Below are positions 12,071-22,207 of a stretch of 28,540 nucleotides of DNA, one piece after another. The stretch is from positions 1 through 28,540 of the forward strand of contig NW_021833512.1 in assembly GCF_006345805.1 (NCBI RefSeq). The letters run 5' to 3'. Both the position numbers and the translations under genes were made by a program. The notes below the pieces were generated by a model. It did not search any database. It saw nothing but the letters and a program-made list of their open reading frames with translations, and had not been told where the DNA came from. How positions within the stretch are numbered: position 1 is the stretch's first letter; the number at the start of each line of letters is the position of its first letter. Source of the DNA: Octopus sinensis (taxonomy: Eukaryota).

Positions 12071-13051
12071 AAACCCTGTTGCCGTAAACCTGAAATCAGA
12101 CCACAGGTGACGCGATGTACTTACTAAACATGCAATGCCAATTAGCGAAACTAAATTAAAGAGAAAACTGGGGATTATTAATTATTTTGCTAAGTAGATA
12201 TTTAAACGATATTAGGGAGCGCCAGAAGCGTAAAACTTTTTGGGGATGGAAGGCTTACAAGTGGTCTGAAGTAATGATAAGGATTTATACAGAAAATAAA
12301 ATCAAAAGTAATGATATGGGAGTGTTTAAGGCTTTTAAAATACAAATTAACTGCTAGATTAATATTTTTAATACGTTTTTTTTTTTTGGTGGGGGGGTTC
12401 ACAACAATTTATTCGAATTGTCTTGTTGTGTTTTCTCCTTTATGTTGTAGCTGTTGTTGTTGTTTTGTTTTAAAGGCAGATTATGTATGAAATAAGAAGG
12501 TGGAAAGAAAGAAAAAGAAGAAAAAGAAGTAAAGCGCTTGTAGTTCGTTGTTCATAAATTTAATCCTGATTATAAATATATCTCTTTGACGTGTAAATTA
12601 AAAAGGGATAAAGAGGAAACAACACACACGCACGCGCAGACACGCACACATATATATGTATATGTATATGTATAAACGCAAGGGTGTTGATATGCGTGTG
12701 TGTATATATAGATATGTGTGTGTGTATGCGTGTGTATGTATGCATGCAAGCACACATACACACAAGTAAACAAGATGCGCAAAATACTTATGATATATAA
12801 TTCTTTAAAGATAAGGCGAGGCTATTTAATGTCGGTTTCTGAAATTCCTACAGTTGAAATAAGCATAGAAAATTGAATTAAACGAAACAAAAGAAAATAA
12901 CAAAATACTAAAAAACAAAAATGCAAAACAAAACCAAAAAAAGCATACAACTATAACAAAACAAAATAATTCATATTAAATAAATAATTATTATGACTCA
13001 TTTTCATATTTACGGATTCCCGTTCGATGACTTTATGGCATGAATTGGCTA

Positions 13052-13208
13052 TAGGCGTAGGAGTGGCTGTGTGGTAAGTAGCTTGCTTACCAACGGCATG
13101 GTTCTGGATTCGGTCTCACTGCATGGCACCTTGAGCAATTGTTTTCTACTATAGCATCGGGCTGACCATAGCCTTGTGAGGGGATTTGGTAGACGGAAAC
13201 TGAAAGAA

Positions 13209-13210
<2 letters not shown>
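13052..13210 (+). mobile_element. SINE family B head and core, ending in (TA)n
   Basis: ggcgtaggagtggctgtgtggtaagtagcttgc...ggattcggtctcactgcatggcaccttgagcaatt...ggtagacggaaactgaaagaag. Confidence 0.85.
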
Positions 13211-13244
<34 letters not shown>

Positions 13245-13506
13245 CCATATATATATATACAAAGTATGGGGGTTTAGTTCACAGGTGATCTGAACAATTA
13301 GGTACGTTAGGTAAGGGCTCCAAGGTTATAGCCGAGACGGTAGTTATGGAGCCATTGCAGATTTCCGATGCAGCGGAAGTATATAATTGTTTAACAGGAC
13401 AGTAAACATTAAGGCAAGGCAAACATCTCAAGTCTTGGACAATAATATCATAGGAAGTTTTGTTGTAGGAGCGTCCCTCGACCATTCCATCGAAACCAAT
13501 GTTCAT

Positions 13507-13838
13507 CTGGTACTTATTTCATCGACCCCCAATATTGATGAATTGCAAAGCTGACCTCTGCGGATTTTGAACTCAGAACGTAAACACGGATGAAATATTG
13601 AATAATAATAATAATAATCTTGTTTTTTTCCTACTCTAGTCACTAGACCTGAAATTTTGGAGGACGGGGTCAGTCGATTAGATCGACCCCAGTGCATAAC
13701 TGGTACTTATTTAATCGACCCTGAAAGGATGAAAGGCAAAGTCGACCTCGGCGGAACTTGAACTCAGAACGTAGCGGCAGACGAAATACCGCTAAGCATT
13801 TCGCCCGGCGTGCTAATGATTCTGTCAGCTCACTGCCT
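13507..13838 (-). mobile_element. SINE A copies: partial 13507-13597 and full tail-2 copy 13619-13838 with a putative TSD in (AAT)n
   Basis: High identity to other A copies. ttgaataataataataataat occurs at 13598-13618 and again from 13839. Confidence 0.85.
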
Positions 13839-13839
13839 T

Positions 13840-13899
<60 letters not shown>

Positions 13900-13974
13900 G
13901 TTTGAAATTCTGTGTGCCAGCAGTTTTTTGGGGGAGGGATAAAATGCTTACAAAATCCAAGGTAGAGGACATTG

Positions 13975-14880
13975 TCAAAAATCCTTTTAGTAACCAATTT
14001 ATGCCATGTCCCCACAGAGAAATTAATTCTCCTGTTTTCGATCGTAGTTTTAGTTGATCAATAGTTGATCTTTAGAAATATATAAGTCTTTGGCAGTATC
14101 TAGGAGTGAATCTTTATGTAAATGGTAATAACTTTATCGTCTGCGATAATGCAGTCAAGGCTTTTAATGCCGAAAACAGGCAGACAAACAGGCCGGTAAT
14201 TGTTCCACTATTTTGGAGGGTTACTGTTTCTCAGGAATTATAATACTTTCATTTTGTCCATTCGATAAGGCATTCAGGTATTTTTCTAACATTTGCATTA
14301 AAAAAAATCTTGCCAGAAGTTTGTTTGTGCCTGGTTAATATTTCAACGAGAAGTTTGGAACTTTAATACTTTTTGGCGCTCTCCGTTATTTGTTTCTTCA
14401 TTCTTTTATTACTATTTTCATTTTCTTTTTCTTTAGAATCTGAGGTAATTCTTGTGGCCTTATTGTCTATTACCATTGTTGTTCAGGCTCTGAAATCATT
14501 GTTTTCATCATTCTTATCCATTTACAATGCATTACATATATTAAGAAAACTGCAAGAAAATTTCCATAACTTAATGCATTTTTCACCCAGGTATTCTTCG
14601 AAATTTTCTTCACTTAGTTTTCACAGATGTTAATGGATATTCTTCGGTGCCGTAGAATATTTTTTATCATTCCCAAGGCACCTAATATTTAAAAAATTAT
14701 TTATGCTTTCAATCCTCAGCAATTTTTTGTTTCTGCTTTCAAATATTTATTTTGGGATTTTTCCCACTAGTATGTTTTAGATAAGTATTCTTATTTATTG
14801 GATTGATATATCGATTAGCTAATATTTATTTTCGCGTTAGGCTTTGACAATAATATTTGAACGATTTACTACAAACTACC
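13975..14880 (-). pseudogene. Old, highly decayed R4/Dong-like LINE fragments (RLE piece about 14880-14630; RT N-terminal piece about 14390-13975)
   Basis: Minus translations NRSNIIVKA*RENKY*LIDISI and ILGALGMIK align to NRPDIVVRDHEEKKCFLINVSI and IVGALGMIK of the 17.7-21.2 kb element. VPNFSLKY*PGTNKLLARFF, SKDQLLIN and DMA*IGY*KDF align to IPNFWLKYLTGMHKKLAENF, CKDQLMIN and SMAWIDYKKAF. Confidence 0.65.
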
Positions 14881-14930
14881 TTTTTCCAATGAATGGTTAT
14901 GTCCTCTGAATACATACATACATTATATAT

Positions 14931-15240
14931 TTTTTATGCGCCCTTTTCAAACCTAGCTAGACTCATGGGCCCGGTTTCCCAGTTTCTGTGGCGTATGTGT
15001 TCCCCCCAGCTGGACAGGACGCCAGTCCATCGCAGTGTTACTCAAGAAACAGGAAGAGAGAGTGAGAGAAAGTTGTGGCGAAAGTGTACAACAGGGGACG
15101 CCACCACCCCCTGCTGGAGCATCGTGGAGCTTTAAGTGTTTTCGCTCAATAAACACACACAACGCCCGGTCTGGGAATCGAAACCGCGATCCTCCGACAG
15201 CGTGTCCGCTGCCCTAACCACTGGGCCATTGCGCCTCCAC
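14931..15240 (-). mobile_element. SINE family D, full length (tRNA-derived head)
   Basis: Minus strand gtggaggcgcaatggcccagtggttagggcagcggac (A-box TGGCCCAGTGG) and ggtttcgattccc (B-box). Middle segment ctgcgatggactggcgtcctgtccag; A-rich end. Possible TSD catacatacat(t)atata. Confidence 0.85.
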
Positions 15241-15319
15241 ACACATACATACATATATAAAATTTGGGTTCTGTGCGGTTCCCTGATTGCCTCCATATAG
15301 GTTTAAGAGCAATTCTTTG

Positions 15320-15640
15320 AATGCTTTCATCAGTTAAGGGTCGTCCCTGTCCGGGGTCCGACTTGCGAAAACTCTCCAACGCCTACTGTGTTTTGCTACG
15401 TGCACAAAATCAGCCGAATTCCCGTTTCCAGTTCCTCCTTCGATGTTGTCAGTCCACATATGTATATGGCAGCCTCTTGCTCTCTGCCCCTCCACACTTC
15501 TGTTAGGATGGTCTTGGCCAATGACTTGTGGCCCACCGTATGCCCAAAATATAAACGAACGATTTATTGCCTTTTATGTCTGTTGTCTAGAAGCAATTCA
15601 ACTCTACATTGTCTTATAATTCGTTTTAATTTGTCTATGT
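15320..15640 (-). pseudogene. Decayed RTE-clade LINE C-terminal fragment
   Basis: Minus translation pieces YFGHTVGHKSLAKTIL, EGQRARG, WTDNIE and RRWR match the generic RTE end, roughly WFGHV.R..SLAKTILQG.VEG.R.RGR...W.DNI. Confidence 0.55.
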
Positions 15641-16082
15641 TATTGATAACAACTAGAAAAAAGTGTTTCTTTTCCATTAACCGAAGTGAATGGAGCTTTG
15701 ACCAGGGGAAACTGATATCATCGGACAGAGTTTCAACGATCGTCGTATGTTTCGACCCTGAACCGTAACCTCCTCCAGCTGGTGGATCAACAGAGGTGGC
15801 CATATCACTGATCATCATTTCCTCCTGCCTTCCAGCTTAATTTCCCCCCTCTCTCTCTCTCTCTCGATCCATAACCAGCATGAGAATCTTTCTACTGCCT
15901 CTCCCAACCTGCACACAACCACCCTTCACACTTTTTCTCTCAGGTTAATGACTGTTAGCGTCTGCCAAACCGACTATACCGGAAATCTCCTAAACTATCG
16001 TCCCTCCATCCATCATCAGCGAGTAAATAAAATTAATCTTTATTGTTATTTTATTATTTCATCTTATTATAAACTAAGTACC

Positions 16083-16313
16083 TATTTCTTTACTACCCAC
16101 AAGGGGCTAAACACAGAGAGGACAAACAAGGACAGACAAACGGATTAAGTCGATTACATTGACCCCAGTGCGTAACTGGTACTTAATTTATCGACCCCGA
16201 AAGGATGAAAGGCAAAGTCGACCTCGGCAGAATTTGAACTCAGAACGTAACGGCAGACGAAATACGGCTACGCATTTCGCCCAGCGTGCTAACGTTTCTG
16301 CCAGCTCGCCGCC
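16083..16313 (-). mobile_element. SINE family A (tail 1), full length, 16-bp TSD
   Basis: ttataaactaagtacc occurs at 16067-16082 and 16314-16329. The target is the taagtacc segment of an older plus-strand A copy that continues to about 16410. Confidence 0.92.
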
Positions 16314-16432
16314 TTATAAACTAAGTACCAGTTGCGTACTGGGATCGATCTAATCGACTGGCGCCCTCACCCCAAATTTCGGGTCTTGTGCCAAGATTAG
16401 AAAAGAATATCTTGCTAAAAAATTTATTTCAA

Positions 16433-16669
16433 GGTGGCAAGCTGGCAGAAACGTTAGCACGCCGGGCGAAATGCTTAGAGGTATTTCATGTCTTTACGTT
16501 CTGAGTCCAAATTCGCCCCAACTTTCTCTCACTCTTTCTTCCTGTTTGTTGGGTAACGCTGCGATGGACTGACGTCCCGTCCAGCTGGGTGAGGGAACAC
16601 ATACGCCAAAGAAACCGGAAAACCTGGCCCATGAGCCTGGCTAGGCTTAAAAAGGGCGCATAAAAAAAT
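16433..16669 (+). mobile_element. Chimeric SINE: family A head (16433-16515) joined to family D 3' half (16519-16669)
   Basis: ggtggcaagctggcagaaacgttagcacgccgggcgaaatgc...ctgagtccaaattc followed directly by caactttctctcactc...aaaagggcgcataaaaaaat, the reverse complement of 14931-15075. Confidence 0.8.
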
Positions 16670-16764
16670 GTTATATATGCAAGTGCGGCTATGTGATAGA
16701 ATGTTTGTTTCCGAACAACATGCTTCTAGGTTCAGTCCCACTTGGTGGCATCTAGGACAAATGT

Positions 16765-17400
16765 TAAGTTCTGATCTTTGTGGATCTTAAAATGTCTTTT
16801 GAGGCCTCCGTTAGAATTGCAGACCTTACAGCATACACGGCATTGAAAGGTGTGAAAATATATATAGGTAGAATAGTTGGTCGAGGTTCGTTTCTCACGG
16901 GTCCTCAAATGAGATTTGAGCCCAGCAAAAGAAAGGCATGGTCTGTCACAAACTGTGCACGAAAAACGGTCATTGAGATTCATCTTCTCGATCGCAACAT
17001 TCTTTTTAAGTCTTTCTTGAGTCTTCAAACGCTTTCACTCCACTCCCCGCTTTTGTTCGCCCTCCAGCTCGACCCGAAGCAAGGGTTTCTATGGCCTTTG
17101 GATCCATTCCAAGTGATTTCATGGTAGTCCTTACACAGTGCTTAAACCTCTTTTTAGGTTTACGCCGATTGCGTTTCCCCTCTGCAAGCTTGCCATGAAA
17201 CAGCTTTTTGAATGTGCGTTCATCTGCCATTCGAACAACGTGGGTAGACCACCTAATTTGATATTTCAGAATCATTGATTTAATTGAAATGATGCCTGCA
17301 GATGCAAAGACATCTGTGTCTGGAGTAAAAAAAGCCGCATTTAATGTTTAAAATACGGCGAAAGCATTTTTAGTGGAATCGTTCTAGAAATTTTAAATGT
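16765..17400 (-). pseudogene. RTE-clade LINE, 3' part (end of RT, thumb region, C-terminal C2H2 fingers)
   Basis: Minus translation HLKFLERFH*KCFRRILNIK...SMILKYQIRWSTHVVRMADERTFKKLFHGKLAEGKRNRRKPKKRFK..., then FSCTVCDRPCLSFAGLKSHLRT and FQCRVCCKVCNSNGGLKRHFKIH. Confidence 0.85.
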
Positions 17401-17522
17401 AGTTCTATATTTAAAAGATGAGGAATTACGTACATTATTTACATTATTTGTATTTGACGGATATTTGTCCTGTTAACACAACGTTTCGGCTGATATACCC
17501 TCCAGCCTTCATCACGTGCCTT
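17401..17522 (-). mobile_element. Inverted copy of a Penelope-type tail at the 5' end of the nested insertion
   Basis: Reverse complement of 22098-22207 with a 13-nt deletion, plus about 30 extra terminal nt. Abuts the RTE host at 17400. Confidence 0.8.
17475..17520 (-). ncRNA. Minimal type I hammerhead motif, copy 1 (C3 to G variant)
   Basis: Minus strand reads GGCAC-GUGAUGA-A-GGCUG(GAGGGUAUAU)CAGCC-GAA-ACGU-U-GUGUU. Confidence 0.65.
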
Positions 17523-17589
17523 CGCGTAGTAATTAAGAGCGCGGGCTACTAACCCCTAAGATTCCGAGTTCGATTCCAGGCAGTGACCC

Positions 17590-17590
<1 letters not shown>
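17523..17590 (+). mobile_element. tRNA-derived SINE head followed by (AAT)n
   Basis: Degenerate A-box cgcgtagtaattaag, anticodon-arm-like gcggg-ctactaa-ccc and B-box gagttcgattcc, immediately followed by (AAT)n from 17591. Confidence 0.6.
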
Positions 17591-17663
<73 letters not shown>

Positions 17664-17665
<2 letters not shown>

Positions 17666-20600
17666 GCAACACATGTAAACATGCGTGGAACATCACGATC
17701 ATCTCCGACCCCAAATACCATGTACAAAGGAACTACGAAGAAATTAAATGCCACCAATACTATTCAACCCAAGAATAACAATCGAGCGGTACGTACATTA
17801 AACTTACAACAAAAAATGTACGAAAAACTACACGTGCGAAATAATGACAACAGAAATAAACGGACCGGTACCCTACGAAAATGACGACCGTCAAAATAAT
17901 GGGCCGGACGTTGTACCTCATGTCCCGCAAATAAAACCCAAAAGATGTAAATGGACACGTGAGGAATACATTTCTATCTTACACGCATACTTCACAGCAG
18001 TACTCTACCCAAAAAATGAAAATACAACAACACATACATATAAAATATGGAAGGAAAATAACATAAATATAAACTTGGATACAGCAATGAACCCTAATAA
18101 ATTAGCTAACGTACGAAGATACATTCTCAACACAAAAAAAATATCAGAAATAGAAATAGAACACCTAAAAGAAAACATACACCAGGAAAATGTAGATAGA
18201 AGCCACACAACAATGCCCATAATATAAACACTGAAACTGTAAAACACGAAGACAAACGCAACATTCCCACAAACACGATGTAACACGAAGGGGAGCCTAA
18301 TGATTATGATATATAAAAATAAAATAATCAAAGAACTGAAAACCACAGAGCTCAAAATAGACCACCGACCATACCTCCCAAGAATCAAAATAAACAAAAT
18401 AACAACACCTATTATAAACAGCATAAACCTAGCCGTCACTGAACTGATAGCCACTGAATCAAAAAAAAGTGAACAAAAATACTCCGCAAATATAACATCA
18501 CAGAGAAAGATTTGCCTGAAATAAAAGAAAAGCTGAAGCAAGATATCCTTGCCAAAGCACAAAGGATCCGCCGGTACAAGAAACGCCAACGCTTCTTTGA
18601 AGAAAACAAAAAGTTCAACTCTAACCCCCAAAAGTTCTACAAGAACTGGGAAAAAATAAAATGGAAGTCACTGCAGCACCACGGCAGAAGAATTGGAAGA
18701 ATTCTGGGGAGAAATATGGTCGGCGAACGAACCACCAAAAAAAGGAGTATCAGAATAACAAACTCGGCATCTGAACAACTTTGGATCCCCATAACAACTG
18801 AAGAGGTCACCCAGGCACTGCAAGACTAAGCAACTGGAAGGCACCTGGGCATGACAAGATCCCCAACTTCTGGTTGAAATATCTAACAGGAATGCACAAA
18901 AAGCTGGCTGAAAACTTTAACAAGTACTAGCAGAGCCAGAGACAATGCCTGAATGGCTCACGAAGGGAAACCATCTTAATTCCCAAATCAAATGAAACAG
19001 AAAAACCAGAAAACTACAGACCAATAACCTGCCTCCCTACTATGTTCAAGGCATTTACTGCAGTGATATCACAAAGGCTGAACAAGCACCTGGACGAAAA
19101 CAAACTGTTCCCAGAAGAGCAGAAAGGATGCCGCAAAGGCTCATATGGCTGTAAAGATCAACTAATGATTAATAAAGCCATAACTGAAGACAGCCACAGA
19201 AAGAAGAAAGCCTCAGTATGGCCTGGATTGACTACAAAAAGGCGTTTGATAGCAACCCCCACACATGGATCCTCGAAACACTAGCCATTAACAAAGTAGC
19301 ACCAACATCATAAAATTCATAGAGCACTCTATGAATAAATGGCAAACAGTCCTACACCTCCAAACAAAAGAGGGACTCATGAAAACCAAAGACATCCCCA
19401 TTAGAAGAGGAATATTCCAGGGAGACACGCTCTCTCACTCCTTTTCTGCTTGGCACTGTCACCTCTATCTGATATGCTAAATAGAACTGGATGCGGATAT
19501 AAATGTTACGGCAAAACGATCAGCCACCTTTTATATATGGATGACCTAAAACTATACGCTGCAAATGACAAACAGCTGGAAACACTATTACAGACAGTTC
19601 ATGGATTTACCAAAGAAATAGATATGAAATTTGGATTAGAAAAATGCGCCAAAGTAACCATGAAAAGGAAAACTAGTTAAGAGTAACAACATCACACTAG
19701 ATAAAACCAATGAAATAAAAGAATTAGACCAAAGCCAAACTTACAAATACTTAGGAATCCATGAACTAGATAAGACACAACACACACAATGAAAGAGAAA
19801 AAAAAAAGAATATTATAGACGAGTTAGATCAATACTAAAAACAGAGCTCAATGCTAAAAACAAGATAATAGGTATCAACACTTTAGCTGTCCCAGTTATA
19901 AGTTACAGCTACAATATCCTTAACTGGACACGAAATGAACTGACCAAAATAGATAGGAAAACAAGAAAAATAATGACAGGATCTGGGATGCATCACCCAC
20001 AATCTGACATAGAAAGACTATATATACAACGTATAGAAGGTGGTAGAGGCCTTATACAGCTGGAAAACTACTATAAAATAACCACCATAGGACTGCAAAA
20101 ATATCTACTTCAGAAGGAAGGAAAACTGATCCAGATAGCGGCAAAACACGAGCAAAACAAAAAACTGTTCTCAGTATTTAAGGAAGCTGACAAATACAAA
20201 CAAGAAATCATACCACCTAATAAACATGAAGAAGAAGAAGAAGAAGAAAAAGATGAAGAAACCAAAAGCTATAAAACAAATGAAATCCAAACTAAAAATA
20301 GAACAGCAACGAACCATGATAAAACGATGGCAAGAAAAGCCCCTTCATGGTAAATACTGGACTAAACTAACGCAAAAGAAATAGACAAAGAAAAATCCCA
20401 GCAATGGTTGAGAAGCTCAGGACTCAAAGCAGAAACAGAGGGATTTTTAATTGCAGCACAAGACCAAAGCCTCACCACCAGAAATTACCAAAAACATGTA
20501 ATGAAAAGAAATATTACAAGTAACTGCAGAATATGTGGAGATGGACAAGAACAATAAATCATATTATCTCTAGCTGCCCAGTCCTTGGCTAAGAAGGAAT

Positions 20601-21190
20601 ATATTCACAGACATGACAGAGTTGGAACCTACATACATTGGAAGCTATGCCAACATTATGGAATAACAACAGAAAAAAGATGGTATAGGCACACACCAGA
20701 AAAGGTTACAGAAAACGAGAAAGCAACCATACTCTGGGATATGCCGATACACACAGATAGAGAAATTAAGGCCAACAGACCAGATATAGTTGTCAGAGAT
20801 CATGAAGAAAAAAATGCTTTCTAATTAATGTATCAATACCGGCTGATGACAACGTGTCTCTAAAAGAAAAGGAGAAACTCTCAAAATACAAAGACCTGGA
20901 AATAGAGGTAACTAGAATGTGGAATCTGAAAACAGAAACAATTCCTATCATAGTAGGTGCATTAGGCATGATAAAAAAATATTCAGACAAATACATAACA
21001 AAAACACCAGGACTTACAAACACATATAACATACAGAAAATTGCACTACTAGGCACTGCACACATCCTACGCAGAACACTTTCCATACAATAACCATCAG
21101 AGCATCACAACAAATCACAGCACATACCCAAGGCACACAGAGCTGTGCTCGGTAGTGAAGTGAAAGCACGCTATAAAAATAAAACTACTG
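17664..21190 (+). mobile_element. Near full-length R4/Dong-clade non-LTR retrotransposon (single ORF: RT, CCHC, restriction-like endonuclease), frameshifted, inserted in (AAT)n
   Basis: N-terminal KWTREEYISILHAYF. RT motifs YRPITCLPTMFK, EQKGCRKGSYGCKDQLMIN, GIFQGD and YMDD (19534-19545), then LYIQRIEGGRGL. Zinc knuckle CRIC...H...C (20525-20577), RHD, and RLE RPDIVV...KEKEKLSKYKDL...PIIVGALG. Both flanks are (AAT)n, the known Dong-type target. Confidence 0.93.
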
Positions 21191-21277
21191 AATAAAAATA
21201 ATAATAATAATAATAATAATAATGATAATAATAATAATAATAATGATGATAATAATAATAATAACAACAACAACAAC

Positions 21278-21342
<65 letters not shown>

Positions 21343-21399
21343 TGATGATGATGATAATAATAATAATAATAATTAATAATAATAATAATAATAATTAAT

Positions 21400-21957
21400 G
21401 CCCTGATGCAGTACCAGGCAGTGGCTCTCATGGCTTCTGATCTTAACTGATTGGAAGTGTTATCATGTACATTGTTTTGTCTTGGTATAAAAGATGGGCT
21501 TCAGCAAATATTCTGCTCGATACCACAGATTTGCTTGTCAGTTGTTTGACCTTAACCAGTTGAGCATGTCCCTTAGTGGCTGACGATATGTGCATCTCTG
21601 ATCACGAGCAGAAGTAGTGGGGGAGCATCATAGCCATGTGTTGAGATGGATTATTTGGGGTTTGAATAATTCACCTCTGGAAACATGGGTGGTTCTTTCA
21701 ACATCCTTAAACAACCCTTATTCAGGGATCTTTTGAGCGGGATGGGCTACTCAACCTGAAGAAAATTCTAACTAGGCCCCACCTGCAAGTTCATGTGCTG
21801 TTTATCTTGATATGAGATCACCATGTCGCGCACATATGGTTGTGATGCATGTGTCTGGTGTACCCTTATCAGACGGGTAGTCATGATGGATAGGTATATT
21901 GGGTTTCGTACATTTTACCCCAGTGTCACTTTGATGGCATGAACTGCTCTCTCACTC
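21400..21957. mobile_element. 558-bp non-coding unit bounded on both sides by (AAT)n; probable non-autonomous AAT-associated retroposon
   Basis: Sharp transitions from (AAT)n to complex sequence at 21400 (gccctgatgcag) and back at 21957 (ctctctcactc). No long ORF and no clear Pol III boxes. It lies inside the interval that interrupts the RTE, so it is part of the insertion stack. Confidence 0.55.
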
Positions 21958-22016
<59 letters not shown>

Positions 22017-22050
22017 TGATAATAATAATAACAACAACAACAACAACAGC

Positions 22051-22207
22051 AACATCGAAAAATACCTTAGAAATGAGAACACAGGTTCGAAATGTCCCCA
22101 AGACACCTGATAAAGGCTGGAGGGTATATCAGCCGAAACGTTGTGTTAACAACAAATAAGACGAGGACAAATATCCGTCAAATGTAAATAATGTAAATTA
22201 TGTAAAT
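22051..22207 (+). mobile_element. Penelope-type 3' tail of the putative tRNA-headed element
   Basis: Follows (AAT)n/(AAC)n, contains a hammerhead fold and ends in aatgtaaat short repeats at the RTE junction. Confidence 0.75.
22102..22147 (+). ncRNA. Minimal type I hammerhead motif, copy 2 (G8 to A variant)
   Basis: GACAC-CUGAUAA-A-GGCUG(GAGGGUAUAU)CAGCC-GAA-ACGU-U-GUGUU. Stem I is GACAC/GUGUU, stem II is a perfect 5 bp, and stem III is the palindrome ACGU. Confidence 0.7.

Noticed and set aside
13279-13506. Protein-looking 75-aa ORF starting after an AG
   Set aside because: Its start and apparent acceptor are a diverged SINE A segment (taagtaccag-atgaacattggtttcgatgg); no domain recognised.
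17523-17590. Possible genuine tRNA gene (also considered for the heads at 15170-15240 and 13052-13130)
   Set aside because: Acceptor and T stems do not pair properly, A-boxes are degenerate in some copies, and each head is followed by SINE body or microsatellite.
18005-18631. 208-aa hydrophobic minus-strand ORF resembling a membrane protein
   Set aside because: Antisense shadow of the A-rich Dong ORF.
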